NCBI GenBank assembly: GCA_037447605.1
Contig: CM074804.1
Coordinates: forward strand, 5,123,909-5,187,908
Length of the DNA stretch: 64,000 nt
DNA from: Zygnema circumcarinatum SAG 698-1b
Lineage: Eukaryota; Plantae; Zygnematophyceae
Direction: 5' to 3'
A program made the translations under genes and the position numbers. Positions 1 to 11,763 of this stretch are shown here, piece after piece (within the stretch, counting starts at the first letter, position 1; each line of letters begins with the position of its first letter). Under the pieces are notes generated by a model. That model made no database searches. It saw only the letters and a program-made list of their open reading frames with translations, and was not told the origin of the DNA.

Positions 1-189
1 TTTCTTGCTGAAACCAAGCGCATTGAACGCTTTGCAGAAGACAATGATTTGCACTCTGATCGTGTAAACGTTCGTGCTGAAACGGCATGTACTCAGAAAA
101 CAATAAGTTCACAAAAATCTCTCAGATTTCGGGCTTTGTGATGCTGTGTTTGCGTAACAATGCAAGCTACCAGGCACGCCCGTACGCAC

Positions 190-417
190 TGTGGCGCCTT
201 CCCCGACGCCATGCCGCCGTAGTGCGCTCGCCAGCTGGCGGCATCTGGAAAACGTCTGTGACCAAGTGATGCGCCTGCTGCCATACACTAGCGCGACCCT
301 TTCAGGATACACCTGCGCAGAGCGCTCGATGAAGGAGAGCGGAGTAAGAGCTACATCATTGGCAGCGCAACGCAGCAATCCCTTCTCCCGCTGCGGAGCC
401 TCCCCCATGGCTGCCAT
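190..417 (-). CDS. Acyl-activating enzyme (AMP-binding, plant AAE clade I / acetate-butyrate-CoA ligase-like), first coding exon; gene continues off the left edge
   Basis: Translation MAAMGEAPQREKGLLRCAANDVALTPLSFIERSAQVYPERVALVYGSRRITWSQTFSRCRQLASALRRHGVGEGAT has the plant AAE N-terminal motifs (LTPLSFxERSA, TWxxTxxRCxxLASAL). GT donor (GTGCGT) at 189-188. Confidence 0.85.
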
Positions 418-952
418 TCAGCTACAAGGCTCCCCAACAAGGCCTGCGAGTGGAGGGCCGTCCGACTCTCCTGCAGGCCGGAGGGCGACAGGCGCGGGCC
501 GGTTCCATGCTGCGGCCGTACAGCGCGACGACGCCACAGTTCCAGTTGCCTCTGCCGGTTCCATGCGCGTTTGTCGTAGCTTCTCAATTTCAAAGGTGGC
601 ATGGCTGACCAGGCTGGTCAACCATCCGGCCTGTTCTTGAAGGGCTCTAAAAATGTAAAGAGACCCAAAGGGCCAGTGATGCAGCGCCGCGTGCATGGGA
701 GGGAGCGCCATGGAGCGTCCTCCAGTGGGCTGGCCCTTTCTCGGATCCCTCCGGAGCATAGTACAAAGGCTGTGGGCAAAATGTGATTTTAACAGTTGCT
801 TTTCTTCAGAACGCACAACAGAGCCGTGACTAAATTCCTTATTCTTCTCTAGCCTCCTATAATTGCACAAAAAATGAGTACAGCTTGCACTATATACACT
901 CGCTGAGAACAAATTACACGAATTACGACTCAACTTCTACGACAAAAGAATA

Positions 953-3900
953 TTACCATTGCTGGATGTCCTCTTGAGTTCTTTCATAACCGTCACCTCT
1001 TCTACTTGTCCGCTCGTCATCTTGTGTCTTCTTTGCACTCTCCCCTACAATGTCTGCATCCTCTACCCTTTCAGAAAGTATCCTTCGTCTTGTGTGTGAA
1101 GTATGGCGGTGGTGCCTTCCCGGAATTTCCCGCTCTGCTGAAATAACCAGGCGGCGCAGGGCTAATTCTCCGTCTTCTGGGTAAACGACAGGCTTCAAAG
1201 GTCGCCGCACCTGCACCTCATGCTCTTGCGCCTGCCCCTGCTGCCTCCCTTCACTGCCTCTGTCGTCTGCCATAGCCTCTCCCCCTCTGCTCCTGTTCCG
1301 GCGCGTTGATAACGCCACAAGAGCCTCCCCTGCAACAGCCAGGGACTGTGTAGACTTCAAGTACCGCCGTCGTCGGTGCAACAAGAAGTTCACGCTGGGT
1401 ACTTTCTTTGCAAGGGCCCTCCACACCATGTACGTGGCATCGAAGGATCTGGACGGAAACCGGTACTCAAAGTGCACCTCCACCTGTTTCAGTCGCTCCC
1501 ACATGGCGGTCCATTCATCTGACTTCATGCCACGCAGCAGTGACAGGAGGTGCCCAGGAACTAACGAGTCGTTTCCTCGCACAAATATGCAGAACTCACT
1601 GTACGCCCAACAGCAGAAGCTCGTGGGTAATATAAGTCCACAAAAGCGGCCAAACGTTTCTAGAAGGCGACAAACTTATACCACATCCCCTTGTGTATCC
1701 AGGAACTGGATCTCCCAAGGTCGACTATTATATGACTAATTGACGCGCATTATAGTTAACACCCACTCCATAAAACACAGACTTTACACTTGTTACATGA
1801 GACCTTTATGGAAAGCCATATGCTCAAGCTTGCAACATCACCTTGTTCTACTGACCGGAATAGCTCAATTTTAGTCAAATGGCCGACAATGGGCTGATTG
1901 TAACTGTTCAACTGCTGAGATTCCCAATCCACTGTATACTGCGTGCAAATATCTAGCCTAATGGGCTATCAGGTGGTTTTGAAAATGCCCCAGAGGGTGA
2001 TCGAGTTACAAGCTATTTCAGAATAAAGAAGAATATATAGCGAATGGCAGAACATGGGGAAATACCCGGAATTAGCTCACGCGCACTACATACAGCTCGG
2101 TACAAACTCCTCAAATTTCTACTTGAAGTGCAGAAATCCCACCAGTGCTTGGAATGCATGAAGGTACGGAAGTCGATCCAACATGGGCAAAGGAAAGCTC
2201 ACCTGTAGTCAAGAAAATCTTCGAAGGGCAGCTCAATGTCGTCACTGATGATGACCGGCACGCAATGACTCACTATAGCATCAAAAAGGCGGTTGGATGA
2301 GGGCGTATCGCCAGCAAGATGAAGGCAGAAACGCGAACTTCGCATTCCTTTAGTTGCTGAACGGATCCCTTCTCTCTGCAAACAAAAAATTGCCCCTTCA
2401 AATCCTATCACAAATTCAATGATGACTTTTGGAACGGGGAGGGGGTTGGACAAACAAAACTGACACGTTGTAGAGTCAGTGTGCATGCCATTATATTCAA
2501 ACTCAGACGGGTCACAAGGACATCAGAAGTCCTGTGCTGCCCATGTCTGTTAGAAAAATATGGACTGGCAAGCGTATCGCTCTGCTAAAGTGAGGTGATA
2601 CTCCACAATTTGTCCTGTACAATCCAGTTTATATCGTGGCCTCCGCCAAACTGCTGTTGATGATTGGCTTCCAATTCTATGAAGACTTCAAGACAAGCCA
2701 GGAAGTGTAGGTAGGCTGAACTAGACTATCGGAGCTACTCAAACATCAGGAAAAAAAAAATGAAAGCACGTCCTTTAGCTTTAGTGTTTCTTTCGGCTTC
2801 GTGGAACGAATGTTTCCAGAAAGGGAGGATGGATACAACTCTCTGTTTCAGCTTCACCAGAGTCGTTCCAGCAACATAAGTTCAGTGCAACAGATATTTG
2901 GCCAAAATTGAAGGAGCCCCTCGCCTCCTGAGTCAATGATCAACTGTAATCATGTATTCATGTGGCAGCTCTACCTGAGTGTTTCCATTAACAAAATGGA
3001 CACCCTCCTCGTCCTTGAGAAGCTCATATAGTTGTTGCCTTATAATGCCTCCCTGCCAGAGTGGACCACGCCAGACGTCCAGCCAACGGAAAGCTTAGTC
3101 AGAAAATACTATGCACGGCCTGTCAAAACCACTGTCAAAAAGATGAGTCTGTGCTTGATCAACACTACACCATTGGATTTGCAATAAGCACCCTGTCTAC
3201 CAGTTTTAAGTTGCCGTGCTGCCTGAAGCCAAAAGATCAAGCACATCCCCAATGCACGACCTGTACGTAGCGGCATTAATGCATCATCGCAACATTACAG
3301 TTCATGGAAGCAGTTCTCGAGTATTCCTTCATGCACTGTATTTCAAACTTCCTTTTGTACTACTGTTCAGTTAAAAAGGAGCTCCACAAATGTGAACTGG
3401 AACCTGTATGGCGTGGAAATCCAGCTGCCTGCCTTTGCTCTCCAAAAGGGATCCACGACGATAACTTCAACTGTAACTGCCTGTTCTTGCTTACATAGAA
3501 AATGAAACGCTTCCCTCTAATGCTCAACCGACTTAGTCTACTGGCTGAAGCAGCATCAGTTGCACGCCCTCCAGAGCCACTGGCCTGATGGTGAGGGACG
3601 CCAATATAATAAATGTGGGGTTTAACGGTGCATCACAAGCGGAGATGCTTCCAGAAAATCTACAGAATCCAGTGGTGACGCTCCTCCACACTAACCACGA
3701 TCTAACAAAATGTGCAAGGTCATAAAAAGCTCACCTCTTTGCGCACAATCATTCCTTGGAAAAAGAGCAGTATGTCCCGCTCTTCAAATCCATTCTGGTC
3801 ATCAGCAAAGGTAGGGATAACATGCTTATACGGTGCTATAACGTCCTTTTCAACATTAGCCATAGAGGACCTGTAACGGCCAAAATCAGCCAGCACAAAA

Positions 3901-5899
3901 ATGGCTGAGCCAAGCTGCCCAGCCATGCCAAAACAACAGCAAAACTCGTCAAGTTCTGCATGTACTTACGCCCAAGCTGTTTCTGGCCCTCGCCATATGG
4001 GATAGTCACAGAGAACAGAAGAACGTGAAAACGGAGACAATTAGGGCTGCTTAATGTTACCTCTTCCCGAACAGCATGCAGGCTGTTAGGATGATGAATG
4101 ACTATGACGTGATCACGGCCATTACTCCTGTTCCAAAGTTCCTGCTGTTGCAAAAAATCCACCAGCTTGTACTGCTTGCAGCAATGCCATGCAACCACAA
4201 TTCCCAAATACAATTTACGCTGACGTACAAACTGAAGAGAATCAGAAAAACAGCACATGAGAACTACTTTCATTTATTAGGATAAAGATTCAGCAGCATG
4301 GCAGACAGCCAAGCCAGCCTAAGAAGAAATAAGGTGACTTGCATTATCTAGCCTTCCTTGATGAGCGTTCACTGACTGACCATTTTCTTGACTGAAACCC
4401 ATTCAGCTTCAGCTATTCATTCCATTACTCTCATAGCAAACTGAAAACCACTATTTCTTCAAGAAGCTGGCATTCAACTCATCTTAACCAACTTTGAAAA
4501 AAAAAAAGTGAATAGAATTCTTGAGAAACGTCCATGGGCCCGAAACCTTTTCTCGTAGGTGAGGAATTTCTCTCGTATACATTATTGCAACAAAAATACC
4601 TGTTCTCCTAATTGATAAATCTTTATATTCAAGGACGAGCAGTTTGACAACTGACGTCGCCAAAATCTGCATACTTAATTGCTCGAGGTTTTACAGTGAC
4701 GCCATTCAACATGTCCACATCTATATCTTATGTCTGCCCATAAACTGCTTCTGTAGTCTCACGTTCAACAAACCTACTGCATCATGAGGACTATCAACTG
4801 CGATGGTCAGGTTCAGAATGGAGTAAGGTGTACTTTGGATCAAAAGGTGGCTAATTACCTGTAGTTCTCTGTTGCGGTCGACCATTTCCAATGTGCGATT
4901 TGAGATTCTGCTCATCTCATTGGTATAGCGATTATAAGCAATGGATGCAAAAAAAGGCACCCATATTAAATCAGCCTCATACGGGTCAAGTACTCTAACT
5001 ACGCTACAGGGCCACATCCGATCCTTCATGTTGGAAGTAAGGAGGTCAACTGTCAGCCAGAATTCTGGACTGTGCTGCTGGTACATGCCACCTCTGTATC
5101 GTGGAATGTCAGAGATGTTCTTCGGCAAACGATGCATGTAGTCGTAGTGGAGGAGGCCGAAGTTAAACTCTCCTTCAAGTTCATACATGTAAATGCGAAG
5201 AATTGCATGTCTAGGGTCACACGAGTCTGTCCCGTTGGACCCAAAACGACCCGTATTGAACTCCTCTTCATCTAACTCCAGAAGCATATTGCCTTTTTTC
5301 TTCTTCCGTCGAAGGGAAGGACCTTTTGCCCCATTTTCCGGATTTCCACCGGCAACCGATAGCGTACTAGACCCTCTCCCTAACCAAGAACCAAAGCTTC
5401 CTAAAATGCCGCGTCCACCTGCGGCCTTCATTGCCTGCGCTTGAGTTTCGCTTGAGCCCCTTGACACATCGGATTTCTGGGAAACATTTGTAGGAGAGGC
5501 ATCTGCAAGCAGGTTAACAGCACCACCATCTGCGGAATTAATCGAACCACCCGCTACAAGAGCTCTTGGTCCTGCAAATCGGCGGGAGGTTGAACCGCCA
5601 TTTGGAAACAAGTCTTCTTTCACCGAAAACTGCGAGTCAGTTTTAAGTGGCCTCGGATGCGCTAAGGTGACAACGGCTACAATTGCCAGAAATGAGAGAA
5701 GAGAAACTGTGTAAAGCTGTGTTTTTGAACTCTGTTTCAGGTGAGGATGCTGAAAACCCGGAGAGCCGTGGCGCTTCTCCCCGGCTAACAAACTGCTTTC
5801 TTTGCTCAAGCGGACAGGGCCTGCCCGCCTTTGCCCCTTCATCCCTGCTGCCGCCAGCACAAGCGCCCGCAGGGGAGACAACCCTAAGAGTGTCCGCAT
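953..5899 (-). CDS. Exostosin-family GT47 glycosyltransferase, ARAD-like (putative arabinosyltransferase), 6 exons
   Basis: Exons 5899-4859, 4171-4061, 3914-3735, 3052-2975, 2375-2203, 1598-953, all GT-AG and phase-compatible. N-terminal TM helix ([14 protein letters not shown]). Motifs [103 protein letters not shown]. Start could instead be the Met of MKGQRR. Confidence 0.92.
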
Positions 5900-6238
5900 G
5901 GCGAAACGCAGAGCGCACAGCTACACTCAATAACAGGAGAGCGCCGAAGGATGCCGGAAGTAGCCGACGGAACTCTCAAGTGAAAGCAACATCGAGGAGT
6001 CATAATCGCTTAAGCCATGCCCCGACTTCTGACTCAACTTCTGCCGCATACTATACGGCTCAGCTATGACTCCTCTCCCTTCCCTCCACGTCTCTTTTCC
6101 AAACCCTCAGCTTTGCTGCCCTCTCCCCCTCCCATCATGGGTCGAAGGCGGAGCGTCCAACACCGCTGAAGCCGCTCCTCCCCTGCGCGCTGCAGGCAGG
6201 CAGACAGACAGGCAGGGAGACAGGCCGGCCCCTCGCCA

Positions 6239-6247
6239 AAACCCTAA
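6239..6247 (+). promoter_or_regulatory. Telo-box AAACCCTAA in the GC-rich region upstream of the GT47 gene
   Basis: Exact AAACCCTAA about 340 bp upstream of the GT47 start. Similar motifs occur near 17340, 22050 and 38550 in other GC-rich segments. Confidence 0.4.
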
Positions 6248-6334
6248 AGCTATGCGCGCGCGTCCTTCTCTCCCTCCCTCCCGCTCCGCCTACGACTCGA
6301 GCTCCGTCTCCGTCTCCGTCTCCGGCGCGGACTA

Positions 6335-6909
6335 CCCGTAAAACCGAACAGGTTGAGGAATTGTTAAACGAGTTTACTCAGTTTCTCAATTCTCGATATT
6401 ACTGAATAGGGTTGACCTTTGAACACTCGAGATCGAAACTTTGTCGATTTAAGAGAGCGAAAAGGTTTAAGAAAAAAGTTCAAAGACTCAATGTGTTCGG
6501 TCGCACTTGTGGATTCCAATTTTCGCCACGTTGGTTCCGCGCGATTCGAGGGATCCGGCTAACCCGAGCGCCGTTTTTGCCGTACGACTCTTCAGGTGAG
6601 CAGATCAACAATTTCTGTACAAACCTCCATCCACACACTTTGCGATTCGCTAGAATCTCAGAATCTCATTGTTGATCGGTGGACCCAAGGAAAATTCAAA
6701 CTGAACACGAACGATAATTAATTGTTCGATGTTCAATTGGTTCTCCATAAAAATTGCGAAAAAGAAATAGGAATTCATTTTTCATTTCTCATAATGAATC
6801 GTGTTCACAAATTCAGAGCTTCTTTCTGAGAAACTGGTTTTGAATTTTTTTTTTTTGAGAAGCCAAAATCTTGAATTGCTCTTTTTTCTCAACCTGTTCG
6901 GTTTCACGG
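6335..6909. mobile_element. Non-autonomous Tc1/mariner-type MITE
   Basis: Terminal inverted repeats C(C)CGTAAAACCGAACAGGTTGAG / CTCAACCTGTTCGGTTTCACGG, flanked by TA on both sides (6333-6334, 6910-6911). AT-rich non-coding interior. Confidence 0.75.
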
Positions 6910-7136
6910 TACGGTACGAGCTCGTGCCAACGGCCGCCCGCCCTTGGCGCGCGCGCGGCCATCCTCGCGCCCGCAAGAGGGGAGGAAGGCGGCAGGCGGC
7001 GCGTGCAGCCTTCTTGCTGCCTTTCACCTGCGGCTTAGCTCGCGACCCGCAGAGCGAGGGATGCTAAGGAATGGGCCTCTACTCGAATTCTCTGTCGTCT
7101 CCTGCGGGGTTGTCAGGATTGTTTACTCAGTAATGG

Positions 7137-7234
7137 TCAACTATGTGAACACAAAGGATGCTACGATAGGGAATAAACAGTGCGGTTCAACTGTGTGAAC
7201 ACAAAGGATGCTACGATAGGGAATAAACAGTGCG
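7137..7234. repeat. Two-copy tandem duplication, 50-bp period
   Basis: TCAACT(A/G)TGTGAACACAAAGGATGCTACGATAGGGAATAAACAGTGCG at 7137-7184 and 7187-7234. Confidence 0.9.
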
Positions 7235-7802
7235 CGCGCCTGTGCAAGTAAGCAAACAAAAGCAATGAGAATTGTAGCTCGGGAAAGGTACTTTTTCCCA
7301 TGTTCTACGAAATATTACATCATATCATGTATAAACAGTATCTGAGCTGGTTTCTCTTTCCAAAAAACTAGAAAAATGTACATAAAAACGGAACACTCAA
7401 ACAGACTAACATGACTTCGCAACAAAGAGCACAGGCAAAGGAGCAAAGACCGAATGTTACACGCGACTTCCAAGTGATCGTGTTAGTGGAATATAAAAAA
7501 CAAACACGACAAAATCAACCACTCGTCGGAGCCAAGGGCCTCATTTACAAAACATGGACATCCGTTGCATTGCCTCATTTGTGTCTCAACAACGGTCTTT
7601 CAAAAGCAAAAGCTATCCATTCACAAAACTGACCCTTTAGCCTTTTTAAGGCTGCTGGGTTTGCTGACTATCCTGGTTGTGCTCGCGTACTACCCCCGGC
7701 TAGTAAAGCCGAGCCCACACCCCAAAAAGAAAACTACCAAAAAGAACCGCAAAATCCACTCTCGCAAACTGTTTCGAATTCTCGCCTCAACACTGCTCAC
7801 TT

Positions 7803-10061
7803 TTATGGTTTGGCGAACTTCTGCAAAGAACGGGCAACACAAGCACCAACAGACCCACCATAAGCCGTTTTCAAGTCGTTTCCAAGTTGAAAAACCTGCC
7901 AAGGATCATCCAGAACTGTGACCACGAGAGAAAAAAGCGTGTAGCGAGACTGTCTGCTTTCGACTGCTTACCTCAAAAGCCTTGATGACTTCCTCTGCAC
8001 TCTTGAACCACGTTTCAACATTCCCGTCAACTTGCTCGCGGTGGGGTGGAAAGATCCCTACTTCCTGCCGGCTGCGGCGAGTGCTGTAGAATTTGTCCAG
8101 CAGCTCGTCCTTGACATTCAGACCCTGCTTGAGCACTTCGCGAGGCAGGGCGTGGTACAGGGAATTGTATCCCGCCAAGAACGCGGGAACTTCAAAATGC
8201 GTGTTGCTAATAGACACCCACTCGAGTTCATCGTCATCCGCAGCCATCTGCGAGAAACCATTCAGAAACCATTCAGCAGAAACGCCGACTGTCAAATATT
8301 GTCCCTGGAACATTTCTTAGCAGAGCCGGTCGCCAAAGTCGCATAAGGAAAGAGCCATGAGCAGCAGCGTACCACTGCATGCGGATAGTGTGCAGGCACA
8401 ACGATGGTGTCTCCACCCTTCACTTCCCGCCGGAGCGCATTCCGTCCGTCGTGGCGGACGATTTCGATGTGGCCTTTCCCTCGAGTGAAGTGCATCACTT
8501 GAGCTCCGTTAATGGAGTGCGGCGCAAACAAAGCTCCTTGCTGATGAAGGAAAAACGAAGGGAAAAACGCATTTCAGTAAAACACGAAAACAAATTTCCT
8601 AAGACATGAAACACTGGCAGCAAAAACTGAATCCTTTTACCTTGAGATGTGCCCAGCAAGCCGAAAGGTCCAACTCCCTCAGAATTGGCAGCTTCTGCCC
8701 GTTCACTACCATGGCCGAACCACCTTCCCTCGAGTAGATTTCGGGATCTGCCCATCTGGACCGGAACACGAAGTCTCCAAAAACAGGAGAACTCTGCTGC
8801 CAGTTAAGCCTTTCAGCATCCTGTATCCAGCACACGACACGATAAATGAAGTCACTGTTGGAAAAAATGAGAGGGGATTCTCCTTCCCTTCGCGTTCCTT
8901 TCATTCTTTCCTTCCAGGCATCAAGGAAATGAAGCGGAAGGAACCAAAAAACTCTCAACTCACCTCAGCTTTCACTTTCACGAAACCGGTATTTTTCTGG
9001 CTTTGCAGCAACTCTTCCACATCGTCTCGCTCCACGTCCCAAGCTCGTGCAAGAAGATCCTTGCTATAGCAAAGCAGAAACATGTCAAGGATAGCTATTA
9101 GAATGACGACTGAGAACGCATGAACTAGCAAACTAGTTAACATCCGCAATGTAAAGGGTTGAAAAGGGCGAACCTAAAACCGTTGATTACTCCTCCGGAA
9201 AATTCCTCCTTCCCTCCGATGATGTGGAAAGGCCTCGACCGGTGCTGACGAGTCTCAGTCGCTTTAGGCGTCGTGCGAGCAACACCGACAATCCGTAGCT
9301 GTTCGGTATTGTTATTCCAAATCCAGATGGTCCAGCCTTTCGGAACTGCCAGTATATCACCCTTTTCAATGTGCCTGCGTGAGCACAAACACAGATTTGA
9401 AATCAAGTAGATCAAGAAGTTCATCCGAAGCCTTCAAAGCACCCCAACAAACAAATATTATGCCTTCAATTAAAAAAGGAAGAAAAGCTGAAAGTGAAGA
9501 TATTATTAAAGGAAATTACGTGATCCTCTTAACAGTAAATGTCACAGCAGCAAGCGTCTACCACGGGGGGAAAGCATCATTTGACATACTTCAGGTTTCC
9601 GGCGATGCCCATTGGCGAAACAAGGCCTGCAAGGGCTCTCCCCTGCGTTACATACTTCAACATGTGCGTATTCGAGTACATGGGCAAAGACATAGAATTT
9701 TCTTCGATGGTAATCCTTGCTGCAGCGAGCGAAGCTTCCTGCGCCACATTCAAGATTACTAACAGTCAGTGACAGCTTCACAGCATTTCAAAATCCTCTC
9801 CCCTGGAGTCCCAGAAGGGCAGCCTTCTAGTAATTAAGGAGATCTATTTGCCAGCGAATGTCTAAAGGCTCCAACAAGGCGTACCTGAAGTCGCCAGGAC
9901 CTTTCGCTGTATACTTCAACGCGGCCACCTTCGCTTCTGATGTACTCTTCAGGTTCGGGTAAAACAAACTCGGACTCCTCCTGGGCCCCCATAGCTCCTG
10001 CCCAACTTCCTGCAAGCAGGAGCCAACCAAGCAGCAGCACTACATGTTCCTTCCCCGCCAT
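7803..10061 (-). CDS. Secreted bicupin, 11S/legumin-like globulin
   Basis: Exons about 10061-9885, 9739-9590, 9374-9174, 9063-8964, 8820-8641, 8540-8373, 8247-7972, 7895-7803, GT-AG. Signal peptide MAGKEHVVLLLGWLLLAGSWAGAMG. Cupin 1: EASLAAARITIEENSMSLPMYS...YVTQGRALAGLV...IEKGDILAVPKGWTIWIWN...GFSKDLLARAWDV. Cupin 2: ALFAPH...AQVMHFTRGKGHIEIV...GDTIVVPAHYPH...FLAGYNSLYHALPREVL. Confidence 0.85.
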
Positions 10062-10170
10062 GACTTCGTGCGTGACAGCAGCTGCCGAGCAGGTAGAAAC
10101 GATCGGTCGCACAAATATCCTTCACTTGCTTCGGCTTGGAACACACTGCCAGCTCTGTCTCCACCGCCTC

Positions 10171-10548
10171 TTTTTATAGTAGAACAAGCTTGCTAGGCAT
10201 AACCTGCCGTGAATAGAGTAAGCGGCAAGTCCATTGGTCATGGAAATTTCTCGCCATGCCGCGACTCGCACCTCGTTCTGCCCACACCCATGCAGCCGCC
10301 TTTCCTGCCGCTTTCCAAGCGGCACCATCCACGCCAGCAGAGAATAGCCGGAAAGACACGTGACCTGCGGCAGCAAGCCGCCCACAATTTGCCTTCATGT
10401 TGCTCATCGAGATCTCCAAACACTCGCCAGGACCTCCATTTGGCGCTATTTCATGGCGAAAGAAGGGCCGCTAAAGCACTGCGGAAGAATCCTCTCGGGA
10501 CGGGGAAGCAGCCACGGCGCGCGCGTGCATGGATGTGCATGCATGCAC
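10171..10548 (-). promoter_or_regulatory. Bicupin promoter: TATA box, ABRE/G-box and RY (legumin-box) repeats
   Basis: TATAAAAA on the minus strand at 10178-10171, CATGCA at 10289-10294, GACACGTG at 10355-10362, palindromic GTGCATGCATGCAC at 10535-10548. Confidence 0.65.
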
Positions 10549-10754
10549 GGTCCCAGCACGTTTCTGTGGAACCGTTCACACTTAGCAGGCTCAGTTTGGC
10601 AGTGGAGGTGGCGACTTCAAGACGTTCTTTTAACTAAGTTATTGTTGTGCGCACCATCAGGTCGTATGGGCTTGCTATGTCAAAGGGTGTGTCTGTAGGT
10701 CGAAATCTGTATTGCGGACATATAAAGGAAAAAATATGGCTGTGCTTTCAAAAA

Positions 10755-10971
10755 GGAAAATGATATACCCCCCCCCCTTGGTTACCCCGCCCCTGTTGTT
10801 TCTGAAATCCCACCCTCCCATTTTTCTATGTCGGGAGGAGGTAATCCCTCCCCTGCCCTCCCCTCCCGTCCTCTCCCCTCCTCGTCTCGGTTAAGAACTT
10901 TTTATTCTCATTTTTTTCGGTGGGTGTGAAGCTCTGTGATGATGTAATGGTTGGCTTGCTTGCTTTTCTTT

Positions 10972-11002
<31 letters not shown>

Positions 11003-11325
11003 CCCTCTGCTCTCTCGCGCATCTGCTTCCTTCCCTCTGCTCTCTATCCTCTACTCTCTATGCTTTGCTCTATCTCTCTCCTCTGCTCTCTCTCCTCTGC
11101 TCTCGCTCTACTCTCTTTATCTCCTCTCTGCTCCGCTCTCTCCCTGTGTGCGCTGATGTGTGAGAAGGAGAAAACGGGGGGGGATATCCAAAATGGGGGA
11201 AGGGGGGTGCGTATCCAAAGCAGGGCGGAAAAAAGGGGGAGGGGGAGGGGGGGGTGGGGTGGGTACGGGGTTTCAAAAAGAGGGGGCGGGATAACAAACA
11301 AGGGGGGGGGGGTATATTATTTTCC
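10755..11325. mobile_element. Non-autonomous Mutator-like (foldback) element with a CT-microsatellite core
   Basis: Ends GGAAAATGATATACCCCCCCCC / GGGGGGGGGTATATTATTTTCC. C-rich and G-rich imperfect inverted arms. Identical flanking 8-mer TTCAAAAA at 10747-10754 and 11326-11333. Confidence 0.75.
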
Positions 11326-11763
11326 TTCAAAAAATGTTCGCCATGGATAGGTGTTGTGGTCGACATCAAGTGTCACGATAAAGGAGACTGATAACACGAC
11401 ATGACGCGTGAATTCATGCTTGTTGAGTCCAGTAATTGCGTTAATGTTGACACAGATGTCTACACAGTTGTCACATTCAAGTGCTCATGTCGACACCGTT
11501 CCCTATCAACCACATATGACTTATAATATGAACTAAGCACCGCGCAACAACCAAGTCACTAAACGAATTTCCCTTCACAATATTTCCTGCCCAGAAAGCA
11601 ACATTAAGGATAGACACCATCTGTCTGCTATGGTGTAAACTCCGCACAGCACAGCTGAGTTATAAAAAAGTTGAGGTTCTGAAACAGCTTCTGTACATTT
11701 TTGAACTGTACAACTGACACGTAACCTACAGCACTGCCCGAGTACACAACTGCCCAGACAGTC

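Noticed and set aside
418-933. 171-aa and 149-aa ORFs upstream of the AAE gene
   Set aside because: GC-rich promoter/UTR sequence with no recognisable motif; the overlapping ORFs on both strands look spurious.
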